From an uncultured virus (IMG/VR IMGVR_UViG_3300037504_000366) (Duplodnaviria; Heunggongvirae; Uroviricota; Caudoviricetes): DNA of 20,000 bases. Shown piece by piece: positions 1-9,487 of the stretch (its first letter is position 1; every line of letters begins with the position of its first letter). The stretch is from IMG/VR virus record IMGVR_UViG_3300037504_000366, one strand, 5' to 3'. Made by a program: the position numbers and the translations under genes. The notes under the pieces were generated by a model, which saw only the letters and a list, made by a program, of their open reading frames with translations, was not told where the DNA came from and did not search any database.

Positions 1-548
1 GTGATGTACCCGCGGTTGCTGGTCTTGACATCATACCAGCTCCCTTCCCAGTTGTCCTCGCCTACCTGTAGCGGCCTAATCCCCACACGCACCTCTTGTG
101 CCCAGGGAGTATACCGCTTGCACTGCTCTGCGAATGTAGGGGAGATAACAGCCTCGCCATCCATATCCCAGTCAGTAATTGTCAGTATCACAAGCGGATC
201 TCTAATGCTGAATGGGTCGTTGTAAGGTGCCCAGCCAAAGTGCTCCCTCAACATCAACTCAGTAGCGGCCTTAGACTGTTTGCCCTTTCCGGAAATAAGC
301 ACCGGTGCTCCAATCGACTTGGCAATACGCTCGAAATCCAGGAAAAGACTGTCTTTCTCAACAGCTATCACCACGTTAAAGGTCCGGTACAGCTTTTCCC
401 AGATGCGCTTCATCATCCGGGATGCATCCTTGGCCCACAGATCGTGGTATGTAACGCCCTCTTCGTCCACCAGGCTAGCGAACGTCTGGCTTAGGCGAGC
501 TGCCCATCCTGTCCCGTCAAATCCCTTTTGCTCGTGCTTGTCATCCAT
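1..548 (-). CDS. TopoVIA/Spo11/JetD-type TOPRIM-domain protein (runs off the window; not in ORF track)
   Basis: Manual translation from ATG 548: MDDKHEQKGF...VVIAVEKDSLF...VLISGKGKQSKAAT...ILTITDWDMDG. The VEKD, GKG and DxD motifs are in TopoVIA TOPRIM order. Confidence 0.75.
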   Translation of the reverse strand, partial: MDDKHEQKGFDGTGWAARLSQTFASLVDEEGVTYHDLWAKDASRMMKRIWEKLYRTFNVVIAVEKDSLFLDFERIAKSIGAPVLISGKGKQSKAATELMLREHFGWAPYNDPFSIRDPLVILTITDWDMDGEAVISPTFAEQCKRYTPWAQEVRVGIRPLQVGEDNWEGSWYDVKTSNRGYI

Positions 549-563
549 CTCAGATGCCAGCCA

Positions 564-794
564 TCACTCCTCCACTTCTACATCAAGAATCTCGAAAAAC
601 TCGTGTGGGTGCTTGTCAAAGTACAGCTCTATAGCTTTCTCTGGATCTTCTGGCATCTCCCCAGCGACACTCTCCACCTCGCCCCACCAGAATTCTACCC
701 ACCTCCAGAGCCCTTCCCAGGCCCCATCTTTCGTCTTGTAACCAGTTAGATCACGCCCGTGCTTGTGCGTGATCTCTAAAATGTGTGTTACCAT
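564..794 (-). CDS. hypothetical protein (76 aa, acidic)
   Basis: ORF with AGGAG SD, overlapping the upstream stop. Confidence 0.7.
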   Translation of the reverse strand: MVTHILEITHKHGRDLTGYKTKDGAWEGLWRWVEFWWGEVESVAGEMPEDPEKAIELYFDKHPHEFFEILDVEVEE

Positions 795-1087
795 TCTTTG
801 GACTCCTCTCTGGCCTGCGACTCTGCCTCTTTCTGGCTATCAAGCTTGTCTTGCAGGTCGTCTATCTCCTCGTCGGACAGGTCTTGATCCGATAGCACCC
901 TGGTTCCATCGTGCTCTTGATACTCGTCTGGCATATCTCCCGCCTCTAAATAGTACACATCTTTGTGTACGTACACATCTGTCCACGTTGCACCGCAACG
1001 GGTGCACCAGCACTCCTGGTGGGCTTGGTTATCATCGATCTCGACCGCGCCTCCCTCCTCTAGCCCTCCACAAATGGGACAAGCCAT
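788..1087 (-). CDS. Zn-ribbon protein with acidic tail
   Basis: CPIC...CTRC motif; SD upstream. Confidence 0.7.
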   Translation of the reverse strand: MACPICGGLEEGGAVEIDDNQAHQECWCTRCGATWTDVYVHKDVYYLEAGDMPDEYQEHDGTRVLSDQDLSDEEIDDLQDKLDSQKEAESQAREESKEW

Positions 1088-1539
1088 AGCACTCTCTCTC
1101 CCTTGCTATTAAATAGCGTCGGTTCCGTTTTACCCAACACGCCACTGCCGTAGGCAGCAATAAACGCTGTTCTTGATCGTGGGAGTTGAGCGGAAATTTC
1201 GCCAATGTATCGCGTGCCGATGCCTAGCGTGCCGGCCACCTCGACCAGACCTATGCAGTCCAGATATACTCCATCAAACTTGGCATCGATCAGGAACACC
1301 CGATCGTTCTCTAGAGCAACCACCATAGACGCAGTTCCTGGCAGTGTCAAGATGGTATCCTCGACTATTTCGTTTCTTGGACTGACTCTGACGCCGAATC
1401 CGCCGGCGCTGGCCTGTCCATCGTGGCTAACACTGTACCACTGGTCCATTGGCGGCACACGGTATAGGTGCCACACCCGGACCACGTTAAACTCTGGCGA
1501 TGCAATCTCGCATCCGCCTCCCGTGTACAGGGTTTTCAT
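1060..1539 (-). CDS. hypothetical protein
   Basis: Start reassigned to ATG 1539 (ATGA overlap with the upstream stop). Confidence 0.6.
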   Translation of the reverse strand: MKTLYTGGGCEIASPEFNVVRVWHLYRVPPMDQWYSVSHDGQASAGGFGVRVSPRNEIVEDTILTLPGTASMVVALENDRVFLIDAKFDGVYLDCIGLVEVAGTLGIGTRYIGEISAQLPRSRTAFIAAYGSGVLGKTEPTLFNSKGERVLWLVPFVEG

Positions 1540-2381
1540 CTCCCCCACTCCTCTGGTAACTGCTTGTAATCCATCGATGGCGGCACGGGTGTTTCCTTGT
1601 TGATCTGCTTCACAAACACCGGTATATCGTATAGCTTGCATTCTATCACTAATGGGTGGATCGCATTGATCATCCCGCTGGGCGTCATCGTGGGTTTGCC
1701 TTGTCCACTCTGACCGCCAATCATAATAGCCAGAGAGCTATCGTGCCTGTGCAGAAAGTCCATATACTCCTCCGGCGTCGTGTCCATTGCGTCTTGGAAC
1801 AGGTTCTTTAAGCTGATGTGCTCAAGTATCGGCTCGATCGAGAGCCATAAGTTGATGTCGGGAACGTACATACCCAGCGTCAAGAGCTGTCTTAGCCTGT
1901 AATGTTGGTTCTGCCGCAGAACACTGGTGCCATAGATAAAGCTGCGTGGGGCAGGCTCCTGCTCCAGCACAAATCTTTTCATCCTGCTAGGCCACTTGGT
2001 GAGCAGGAGCCACTTGTGTCCGGAGGCCTCCATTCCACTGATGTAGGGTTTGAGCCACCTGTTAGGGTCTATATCAGGCGCGAACCCATCGCTCAGATCG
2101 TTTACAAAGATGATCCTTGGCATAAACTTGAGCCAGGGCTTGTCGGTCACCTCTTTGGATTTGGGTTCCCGCCATCTGATTGCCTTCTCCAGCCGTTGTG
2201 GATAATACTGCGGGTCTGTAAAGTTGTCCGGCCATCCCTTTCGACCACTATACCTATCCACCAATACCTTGGCATAACAGATGTTTTTATTTGGATCATC
2301 GCTATACAGCTCACAGCCAGTGCATCCCACTACTGGGTTGACCGTGCTATGACAGTATTCTATGTTTGTGTACCTGGCCAT
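1536..2381 (-). CDS. phage Gp37/Gp68 family (DUF5131) protein
   Basis: IEY...TVNPVVGCTGC...NICYA, IFVNDLSDGF, LLLTKWP, WLSIEPIL, MIGGQSG, PVFVKQ motifs. Confidence 0.88.
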   Translation of the reverse strand: MARYTNIEYCHSTVNPVVGCTGCELYSDDPNKNICYAKVLVDRYSGRKGWPDNFTDPQYYPQRLEKAIRWREPKSKEVTDKPWLKFMPRIIFVNDLSDGFAPDIDPNRWLKPYISGMEASGHKWLLLTKWPSRMKRFVLEQEPAPRSFIYGTSVLRQNQHYRLRQLLTLGMYVPDINLWLSIEPILEHISLKNLFQDAMDTTPEEYMDFLHRHDSSLAIMIGGQSGQGKPTMTPSGMINAIHPLVIECKLYDIPVFVKQINKETPVPPSMDYKQLPEEWGR

Positions 2382-2440
2382 CTCTTCTCCTTGATAGATA
2401 TGCTTCTTTCATAGTCGATACTGCTATTACAACTTTGTAG

Positions 2441-2468
2441 GGAGGGCGGGCCTCTCGACCCACCCTCC
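2441..2468 (-). other. 12-bp GAGA-tetraloop hairpin after the 123-aa gene (terminator or processing stem)
   Basis: GGAGGGTGGGTC-GAGA-GGCCCGCCCTCC; no U-tract. Confidence 0.55.
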
Positions 2469-2475
2469 GTCTCGA

Positions 2476-2847
2476 CTATAGCTCTTTCAGCTTGGCCAGC
2501 AGCTCTTCCTCAGACAAATCTCGCAGAGAGTTCATCCTCTTCTCCGCCAAGAGCTGTTGCAACTGGCGACGGAGCTGAGCAGTCTCGGCCAGGTCCTGCG
2601 CTTCCTTGCGCGCCTGCTGCCTGGTTCCGAATACATCCTCAATAATCCCGATCTTTAGATCGAGGACGCCGGTCGCGGACGGTTTGAGAAGAGAGTGCCC
2701 GGACTTTTCTTTCTCACTCATCAACTGTGAGTAGATCTCGGACAACTCCTCGTCGCTTAAGTCCCACAGGTACTCGACAGGTAACTGTCCCTTGGGAGTA
2801 GAGAAACGCAACTTCATCTGTGCTGCTTGCTTGTATGGGTTGGTCAT
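2476..2847 (-). CDS. conserved phage protein (partner of the 667-aa protein)
   Basis: KLRFSTPKGQLPVEYLWDL motif and coiled-coil C-terminus; recalled as a gene pair in large phages. Confidence 0.8.
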   Translation of the reverse strand: MTNPYKQAAQMKLRFSTPKGQLPVEYLWDLSDEELSEIYSQLMSEKEKSGHSLLKPSATGVLDLKIGIIEDVFGTRQQARKEAQDLAETAQLRRQLQQLLAEKRMNSLRDLSEEELLAKLKEL

Positions 2848-2860
2848 TTTTTAAATCCTC

Positions 2861-4864
2861 CTAGAATACGACCTTAACAGGTCTGCCATCTACTTTCAGC
2901 ACAAGAGAGTTCCTCTCAGTTGTGCTAAATCCAATACCGGACAGTTGGTTCTCGTCCGGTGCCACTTTCATTCGGTTCACAAGAGCCTCGAACACGCGCC
3001 TGTGTGGCCTTAGAGACTCTGGTAGATACTCGTTAAAGAACCCAGATGGTTCCTCGTCGGCCTGGGCACCCTGCAAGAAAAAGAATAGGTGGCGATGCCC
3101 GCTCTGAGCAGCGTTTGACCAGTAGTTGGGGGACCAGGTAACCGCACTCACGGGCACGAATGTGCCGCTCTTGAGACCCCACATCTCTCTCTGAGAAACG
3201 GATGACTCCAGGATGCCGTCGATGGAAATTTCATTGCCGACAACGATCTTGGCAACTTGCACATCCTCTTTCGTTCTCATTGCTTTGTTGTACTCGAACT
3301 CGTGGATCTGGCCATCGATCTCCACCTCTGCCCGGAACCCGCTGGTACCGCCCCGATAGGTGTAACATCTGACAAACAGCTTGTATACGCCATCCACCAT
3401 CCTGTGCAGGACTGGGTACGTAATGTTTTCCACCGCCATCTGGCCATCTGGTAGGAGATCCGGGTGAATGATGTCGATATCCAGATTGCCCAATGTAATG
3501 CCAGATCGCATTCTCTGCCAATATATGTGGGTTCCGCCTGGCTCGATAACGTGCGCATCCAGATCGTCATTGTGGTCCCAGGCCAACGAGAACCTAAGGA
3601 CGCCAATCTTTCCGCCCAGCTCCTTGACTCTGTTACGTATACTGGATGTAACGTTCCCGTTGTATGCCCACCCAAACGGATTCTCCCACTTGAACAAGGT
3701 CGGTGCATCCAGGTTGACTGGCGCAGTGAGAGAGACAAGATTGCGCTCGTGTCGGTTTTCGAGCAGGGCCTCGATTGAGGTAGCCCCCGGCAACACTCTG
3801 TCAACAAAGAACTCCACGCTAATACCGGGTAAGTGCTCGAACTTGTCTGTACTCACAGGCGCATCGCTCGCCAACTGCTTAAACGGACTCAGGTCACCAT
3901 CTGCTGTTACAGCATCCGGGTTGGCCCAAATGACATCCTTTATGTGGATGTCGTCGATTCGCGCATATCGTCTCTCAAGCGACCCAAGGATGCCGAGATC
4001 CTCTGCGGCCCTCTCTGCCCTCTTGACCATTGCGCGTGTGTGAACCGGCTTGGGGCGTTTGTAGTTTCTTGGAGCTACTATCGACTCGTAGCGCTTCACT
4101 GCCTCCACCACGTCCCCGCCTTCAATATCAGTGAGCAGAACGCCCATAGAGTGATTTCTCAGACGGCTCGCGGCACCGCTAATCCGATACGACTTTAGCC
4201 ATAGGTAAGCATCCTTGTTCTCAACGGTGCTATACTCTTGTTGGGCCTGCCGGAAAGCAGTCAGCGCCGGTTTCCATTCGTCGCCACGATACAAACTCTT
4301 TTCAGCAATCAGGTCTAAGACTGTGTCAACAGCCTCGGGACTAATCTCATTCAAGGACCGCTCAAACACCTCCTTGTCGGCCCTGGCCTCGTTTGCCGCA
4401 CGGCCAAGGTGGCCGCGAGTTAAGAACCTGCTTGGCACATCAAGTTGGAAGTGGTACCAGGTCAAGGTTCCATCGCCATCGAGCAGTTCCACGTTCTTGT
4501 CTACCCCGAACGCAGACTGCTTGGTAATGAGCTGGTTCTCAATAGCGGCAGTGTGTACCGCTTTGCTCAGCGCATCTACAACTGGTTGGTACTTTGCACC
4601 AGCGTCGAAATCCCAGATACTCACAATCTGGTAATTATCGTTGATAGCCACCACGCCTCCGAACTGGCGGACAAATTGTTTACACCCTTCGCAGTCGTGC
4701 TCTGTGCGTTCGCGGAATTGCGGGTTGTCCCCAGGTGCGAACGAGTTCAGGTAGAGATCCCACAGCTCATCTCCTGGGATTTCTACGATGAACAGACGGT
4801 CTTTTCCCTCTACCATCTTTCTGAAATGCTCCCTCATTTTATCTCTGAAACTCTCAAAGTCCAT
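2861..4864 (-). CDS. conserved large-phage protein with a YfaP/DUF2135-like beta domain
   Basis: 667 aa; HDCEGC, LYRGDEW, LRFSLAW..DDLDAHVIEP, LDIDI...VENITY, SPNYW, LSGIGFS; AGGAG SD. Confidence 0.8.
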   Translation of the reverse strand: MDFESFRDKMREHFRKMVEGKDRLFIVEIPGDELWDLYLNSFAPGDNPQFRERTEHDCEGCKQFVRQFGGVVAINDNYQIVSIWDFDAGAKYQPVVDALSKAVHTAAIENQLITKQSAFGVDKNVELLDGDGTLTWYHFQLDVPSRFLTRGHLGRAANEARADKEVFERSLNEISPEAVDTVLDLIAEKSLYRGDEWKPALTAFRQAQQEYSTVENKDAYLWLKSYRISGAASRLRNHSMGVLLTDIEGGDVVEAVKRYESIVAPRNYKRPKPVHTRAMVKRAERAAEDLGILGSLERRYARIDDIHIKDVIWANPDAVTADGDLSPFKQLASDAPVSTDKFEHLPGISVEFFVDRVLPGATSIEALLENRHERNLVSLTAPVNLDAPTLFKWENPFGWAYNGNVTSSIRNRVKELGGKIGVLRFSLAWDHNDDLDAHVIEPGGTHIYWQRMRSGITLGNLDIDIIHPDLLPDGQMAVENITYPVLHRMVDGVYKLFVRCYTYRGGTSGFRAEVEIDGQIHEFEYNKAMRTKEDVQVAKIVVGNEISIDGILESSVSQREMWGLKSGTFVPVSAVTWSPNYWSNAAQSGHRHLFFFLQGAQADEEPSGFFNEYLPESLRPHRRVFEALVNRMKVAPDENQLSGIGFSTTERNSLVLKVDGRPVKVVF

Positions 4865-4910
4865 TACCCTCTCCTTTCAGTTGTTTAATATCCACTCGCC
4901 AGCGGCGTTT

Positions 4911-5252
4911 TTAACCACTTATCTTTTCTGCCAGGAGGGCTACCTCATCACTGTTTGGAAAGTTCACATGTACACCTGTGGTTAACACAGTGATGTGTGC
5001 CTCAACTCCCTGCGTCTCCAGTGCGGAAAGCAACTCTTCTGCCGCAGAAGCCTTCTCTTCCATCCGAGGGTCAGTAGCAGGATAGTGGAGTCTGTCGGGA
5101 GACACGTTTCTTGTGCTCCCGTCTTGCATCTCGATCTCAACATCTCCGCTCCCGTCCACGTTGGTAATCTCGCACCACCGTGGAACGGGCAGGCGATTGT
5201 TGATGTAGATGACCCTGTCCCCAACGCTTGCTCTAGCATCTTTCTCGTTCAA
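4911..5252 (-). CDS. hypothetical protein, SH3/Tudor-like N-terminus
   Basis: VGDRVIY...EITNVD..GDVEIEMQDG; GGAGG SD before TTG. Confidence 0.6.
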   Translation of the reverse strand: MNEKDARASVGDRVIYINNRLPVPRWCEITNVDGSGDVEIEMQDGSTRNVSPDRLHYPATDPRMEEKASAAEELLSALETQGVEAHITVLTTGVHVNFPNSDEVALLAEKISG

Positions 5253-5330
5253 GAGCTGCCTCCAATCGGTGAACGATGAGTCCGAACACTATCATATCGC
5301 GACCCTCTAGATCTCTCACCACGATGTATT

Positions 5331-5984
5331 TCATTTCAACAGCCCCTCATAGAGTCTGTCCAGAACATCCCACTCTCGGTCGCCCAGGCCGAGATCGAAT
5401 GCGTCCATCTGGTTTTTGAAATCATCGCGGTCGCATACGCCACGATCCACGATATCCGCCAAGATAGTTAGCACGTCGCTAAGATGGCTACTGTCTCCGT
5501 ACACCCCTCTGCCGTGGTACTTGATACACCTTATTAGGGCGCTGATAGGGTACTCGGATCCACAGTACCAAGTGGTGTAGGATTTGGTAGCGGCCCACCA
5601 GTCCGCCGTCCACTCAATATCTATCACGTCCAGGCTGTGCTCTGTTACCCTTATATGAGCGCCCACCTGAACGTGCGCAAAGTCAAATTGCTCGATGAGG
5701 GGTGCCAGGCCCCCAAAGTAAAAGCTACAGAGCTGCACTGGTACCAGCTCTTCCGAGAATCTCAGTGTGGTAGCGTTGGGTGTTGTGGATTCTTTTATAT
5801 CATCTTGGATATTTAGCAACACTTCAGCAAACGATCCATCTGTCGGGTAAACATCCAGATCGTTTAGCGGTGCGTTGTTTAGGCTATTGCCTGCCAAGTA
5901 GAACCCCAGCAGGCCGATACTAACAAAGCATCGCCGATATGGGAGCAGCCTGTCTATAACCCTCTTTTTAATCTCGCCTTTCAT
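5331..5984 (-). CDS. nucleotidyltransferase-superfamily protein
   Basis: YLAGNSL...NDLDVY (hG[GS]x..DxD) and FDFAHVQ; start reassigned to ATG 5984 (ATGA overlap). Confidence 0.65.
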   Translation of the reverse strand: MKGEIKKRVIDRLLPYRRCFVSIGLLGFYLAGNSLNNAPLNDLDVYPTDGSFAEVLLNIQDDIKESTTPNATTLRFSEELVPVQLCSFYFGGLAPLIEQFDFAHVQVGAHIRVTEHSLDVIDIEWTADWWAATKSYTTWYCGSEYPISALIRCIKYHGRGVYGDSSHLSDVLTILADIVDRGVCDRDDFKNQMDAFDLGLGDREWDVLDRLYEGLLK

Positions 5985-6370
5985 AGTGAAACCCTCTCCA
6001 TAATACCCCTGCCGAGTACGTCGATCCACTCACAGACGTTGGCCTCTACGTAGATCGTCTCTACTCCGTCTTTTACCAAGCTGTTTCTGGGAATGGTAAT
6101 CTGTACGCCCTTGGGCAAGACATAGCCAACCACATGATCACTGGACAAGGTCAGCATCTGGAATGTGGCATCCTCCCTAGACATTCCAGTGAGGCCCTCC
6201 CACATCGTCCAGGCATCGCGAATGGACACTGCGATTATTACCGTCTCGTTTTTGTCCCAGTATGCACTCAGGCCCCCCATCGCTATCTCTGAAATAGCAA
6301 TCATCGCGTTGGACGAGTCGATTTTGCATCGTCTCCAGTCACGTAGAATATCGTATATGCTCTTGGTCAC
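5981..6370 (-). CDS. hypothetical protein
   Basis: GGAGG SD; 4-nt overlaps at both ends. Confidence 0.65.
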   Translation of the reverse strand: MTKSIYDILRDWRRCKIDSSNAMIAISEIAMGGLSAYWDKNETVIIAVSIRDAWTMWEGLTGMSREDATFQMLTLSSDHVVGYVLPKGVQITIPRNSLVKDGVETIYVEANVCEWIDVLGRGIMERVSL

Positions 6371-6714
6371 AATAACCTCCCTTGCCTGGCCACCGGTTGT
6401 GGATCGGTCGCCAGCTTAATTAGCTCGCTAGTACCCGCCTCTTGATGCTGTATGATTTCTGCCGCAGAAATTATAAACACTCCCTTGCCTGGCACCTCAA
6501 CCCTTATCTGCCGCAGGCACTCTTTTGTCCAGCCCTCAAGGCACCCCTGGATCAGATCGGCCTCTGTGTTAAAACATAGCTCGATCTGATCCCCGGACTC
6601 GCTCACGTACGCAATCCCGTTTGGACGATCCTTAGACAGGAACGATTGCGCCGCGCCTACAAGCCGAACTCTGCACGGGTAGAACCCGGTGTGATCGATG
6701 AACATCCTTAACAT
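6367..6714 (-). CDS. hypothetical protein
   Basis: Likely start ATG 6714 after AGGAG. Confidence 0.6.
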   Translation of the reverse strand: MLRMFIDHTGFYPCRVRLVGAAQSFLSKDRPNGIAYVSESGDQIELCFNTEADLIQGCLEGWTKECLRQIRVEVPGKGVFIISAAEIIQHQEAGTSELIKLATDPQPVARQGRLL

Positions 6715-6721
6715 TTTTCCG

Positions 6722-6751
6722 CTCCTACGTGGTATACGTAGGAGTATATCA
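6722..6751 (-). promoter_or_regulatory. extended -10 (TGaTATACT) overlapping an RBS-sequestering hairpin
   Basis: CTCCTACGT-ATACC-ACGTAGGAG; the 3' arm contains the SD. Confidence 0.5.
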
Positions 6752-7243
6752 CAAGTGCAGCTTTTTGTACAGCTCACTCCAGCTTTTGGATGTCCTCCCT
6801 TCCGTAATGCGCTGTAGTCGATATAGCACCCGGTCTGCTGGATTGTCGCATATAAGGTAGAGCCTCTCTATGGCGAGCAAGAGATGATACGACCTACTTC
6901 GAGGGTTAATGTATCCATTTATGATCGATTTTATGATCGTGATCACGTTGTCGGTGTTGGGATTGTATGCTCCATAAACAGCGCTGGCACCATCGAGGGT
7001 CTCATCCATTCCCTTGATGCTAAACAACATCATTAGGGTATCACCTACCTCGTCTTGCAGTGTGTCTTTTTCTCTTGCCCTCACATCGTTCTGCCTCAGA
7101 AGGCGCAACAGCGCATCCAACAGCTCAGATGCCTCTGTAATGGCATACAGAATACAGTCTGCCTCTCCAGGCCAGGCGAACTCATCCTTGATCCAAGCTC
7201 GCCAGGTTTGCACCGCTGCATACAGCTCTTTAGGTGTGTTCAT
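6749..7243 (-). CDS. MazG-like NTP pyrophosphohydrolase
   Basis: TEASELLDA...LQDEVGDTL (ExxE...ExxD). Confidence 0.65.
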   Translation of the reverse strand: MNTPKELYAAVQTWRAWIKDEFAWPGEADCILYAITEASELLDALLRLLRQNDVRAREKDTLQDEVGDTLMMLFSIKGMDETLDGASAVYGAYNPNTDNVITIIKSIINGYINPRSRSYHLLLAIERLYLICDNPADRVLYRLQRITEGRTSKSWSELYKKLHL

Positions 7244-7532
7244 TCTTTAACTCCCCTAGCGTCTTGGGCTTGAAATGCAGATCCCGTTCAACTGGTAACC
7301 CAAACGGCCCACGAATGCTCTTTAACTCGGACAGGGTAAAGTACCCCAGTTCGGGATAGTGGCCTACGACCAACCCAAAGAACAAGTCCTCCCCATCAAA
7401 CTCGCTAGCATACCAGGTCCAACCGCTATCCGGCGTAAAGAACTTGACCTGCGCTATGGCCTCTAGTCCCTTTTCCTCTTGCGAGTATAAGGGCGGCAGG
7501 TTTCCCATAATCTTTTTGGTCAGTAGTTTCAT
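7230..7532 (-). CDS. DUF2958 family protein
   Basis: PPLYSQE..VKFFTPDSGWTWYASEFDG..FFGLV..ELGYFTLSEL..GLPVERDLHF. Confidence 0.88.
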   Translation of the reverse strand: MKLLTKKIMGNLPPLYSQEEKGLEAIAQVKFFTPDSGWTWYASEFDGEDLFFGLVVGHYPELGYFTLSELKSIRGPFGLPVERDLHFKPKTLGELKNEHT

Positions 7533-7861
7533 CGTCTGCTCCCAAATAGTGTGGATATAGCATCTAGGGCCATCTCACGCATCCGCTCCCGCCCTGCCTC
7601 GGTGGGCGTGAGTCGTAGCGTCCATTGTTCACCGTCATCCAGAACAGTCATCTTTGTCCAATCCAGGCGGCTGATGCGGATTGCCTCTTCCTCGTCACAA
7701 GATAGGGCATATAAAACCCTGATCTGCCTCTCGCGACGCTGCTGCTCCGGTGTGAGGTTAGACATATCCACACCTCCCCATTCATCTTTCAGCGATCCAT
7801 TCCCCGCTGCCTCTATAAGCTCGTCGAACTCTTCCCGCGTCATAGATACGTACTCGTTCAT
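7529..7861 (-). CDS. hypothetical protein
   Basis: Likely start ATG 7861 (ATGA overlap). Confidence 0.6.
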   Translation of the reverse strand: MNEYVSMTREEFDELIEAAGNGSLKDEWGGVDMSNLTPEQQRRERQIRVLYALSCDEEEAIRISRLDWTKMTVLDDGEQWTLRLTPTEAGRERMREMALDAISTLFGSRR

Positions 7862-8445
7862 TTCCATTCCACCATCTCTGCAATCGAGGCCCAGGCATAG
7901 TATCCACTCTCTCTCAATCTTTCGATATACGTCTGCCAAGAGGCAGACACAAAGTCCTGGTAGTGAGACGCGTTGTACTCTATAGGGTCGGGCAATATCG
8001 GCTGCTCACCAGGCCCAAGCCAAACTATAGCCATCATTGTGCACAGTGTCCATTGTGCGGCGTCCAGTTCTACGTTCGCAAGTGCCAGGGACGCCGCAGA
8101 CTTGACATACTCTGGAAGACGCTCCGGTCTGTCGAAAGATACCCGGCCATCGGGGTACCCTATCGGCCAGTCCACGACTCCAGTGGACAGATCTACCACC
8201 TTGATTTTCCCGGTGGCATTATCTACCATCACGGACCAGCCCCCGAACTCCCATAGGTCCGTCTCAGACTCGGCTCCGATATCCTTGCGGAACTCTGGCC
8301 ACCCAATCATAGGGCACCAGGTTTTGTGCACGCTCTCTGAAAACAGATTTGGCCCCTCCAACTTGCTGCTGCAGAACACACAGTGGGTCCTTTTGGAACC
8401 CTGTGCTGTAAGCAGGTGTGCCTGCAATTCGTTTACATAGTTCAT
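7858..8445 (-). CDS. hypothetical protein
   Basis: GAGGAG SD; ATGA overlaps; CVFC...H..C motif. Confidence 0.65.
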   Translation of the reverse strand: MNYVNELQAHLLTAQGSKRTHCVFCSSKLEGPNLFSESVHKTWCPMIGWPEFRKDIGAESETDLWEFGGWSVMVDNATGKIKVVDLSTGVVDWPIGYPDGRVSFDRPERLPEYVKSAASLALANVELDAAQWTLCTMMAIVWLGPGEQPILPDPIEYNASHYQDFVSASWQTYIERLRESGYYAWASIAEMVEWK

Positions 8446-8768
8446 TCGCTCAACTCCTCGAACTCGCTGTTCGTGTGAACCATTATACCAGCTCTAGTCT
8501 CATCCAGTAACTGCTGGACATCCCCCCAGAACCGATCGGGCACGTCATCGACCAGATACTTGATGATGGGATGCGACCTTGCGGGCAGATGCAGGATAGA
8601 TTTCTCCCACTCTCCAATATTCTTGAGCCCGGAAATAATTCCCGATCTCCATTGGTAATGATCAGAGCCTGCACTCATACCGCTCATCCTTAGCGGCCTA
8701 TTCCCCGGCCTCTTGATTACCGCTGTCCAGCCATCGTGCTGAACATTAACGTATATGTGCTTTATCAT
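8442..8768 (-). CDS. hypothetical protein
   Basis: Strong GGAGG SD; first gene of the leftward unit. Confidence 0.7.
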   Translation of the reverse strand: MIKHIYVNVQHDGWTAVIKRPGNRPLRMSGMSAGSDHYQWRSGIISGLKNIGEWEKSILHLPARSHPIIKYLVDDVPDRFWGDVQQLLDETRAGIMVHTNSEFEELSE

Positions 8769-8807
8769 TTTTTGTCCTCCTCGCCCTACTTACTGCCGTA
8801 GGCATAT

Positions 8808-8838
8808 TTGCCCTTTTATGATTCACGTGGTATACTTG
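8808..8838 (+). promoter_or_regulatory. sigma70-type promoter, probably giving a leaderless mRNA
   Basis: TTGCCC-17 nt-TATACT with TG extension; ATG 6 nt downstream; no SD. Confidence 0.65.
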
Positions 8839-8842
8839 CGGT

Positions 8843-9487
8843 ATGAGTGAACTAGACATAGACACAACTGCCATGCACGACACCGAAAGGGAACTCTTTA
8901 CCAACGCGCTCGCCATCTATTTTGGCGGCGGTATCAGTAAAGAGGATGCGCTCAACTCCGTCGAGGGTATCTCTCATGCCACGTATTACCGTCGACTAAA
9001 GACACATCCAGATGAAATGAGGGCTATCGAGAAAGCAGCGAGAGCCAGGGCTCTTGCTCTCATTGACGAGCAGGACAGTGTATTTCTGGCAGAGCAAACC
9101 GCTCTGTCCAGAGAGATCCGCAATCGAGCTGCCGAGGGCCTGGCAAGATCTCTGGATATGCTAGTATCAATTGCATCCGGGGAGACCCGAGAAATCCAGG
9201 TCACCGACCGCACTGGGCAACTGGTCACCAAGAGAGTGGCACCCTATCCAAGGGATATTGTGAGCGCTGCTAAAGAGCTCGGTGTCCTTGCTCGTGAGGG
9301 CGTGATCGTTGAGTTGGCGACCGATAAAAGACCAGATGCTAACGAGGATGATAGCCCAAGAAAAGACAGCGGTCCCCCGAGCCTTCTGGGTAACCTGGCA
9401 GACTTTAGTGAGGTAACAGCCAAGACGCCCTCTGGCCGTGTATTCAAGGCGTCTCTTGAGCAGGAGGATGTGATCGATGCCGAGTAA
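8843..9487 (+). CDS. HTH protein, terminase small subunit-like
   Basis: N-terminal HTH (GISHATYYRRLK), helical core and acidic tail, as in TerS architecture; no TerL adjacent. Confidence 0.5.
   Translation: MSELDIDTTAMHDTERELFTNALAIYFGGGISKEDALNSVEGISHATYYRRLKTHPDEMRAIEKAARARALALIDEQDSVFLAEQTALSREIRNRAAEGLARSLDMLVSIASGETREIQVTDRTGQLVTKRVAPYPRDIVSAAKELGVLAREGVIVELATDKRPDANEDDSPRKDSGPPSLLGNLADFSEVTAKTPSGRVFKASLEQEDVIDAE

Noticed and set aside
548..794. TGA readthrough fusing the 76-aa ORF to the TOPRIM gene
   Set aside because: They share a frame, but TGA is the usual stop throughout the window and tRNA-Trp has a normal CCA anticodon.
1..8440. Numerous plus-strand ORFs in the track
   Set aside because: They are antisense shadows of tightly coupled minus-strand genes; the same applies beyond 9700.
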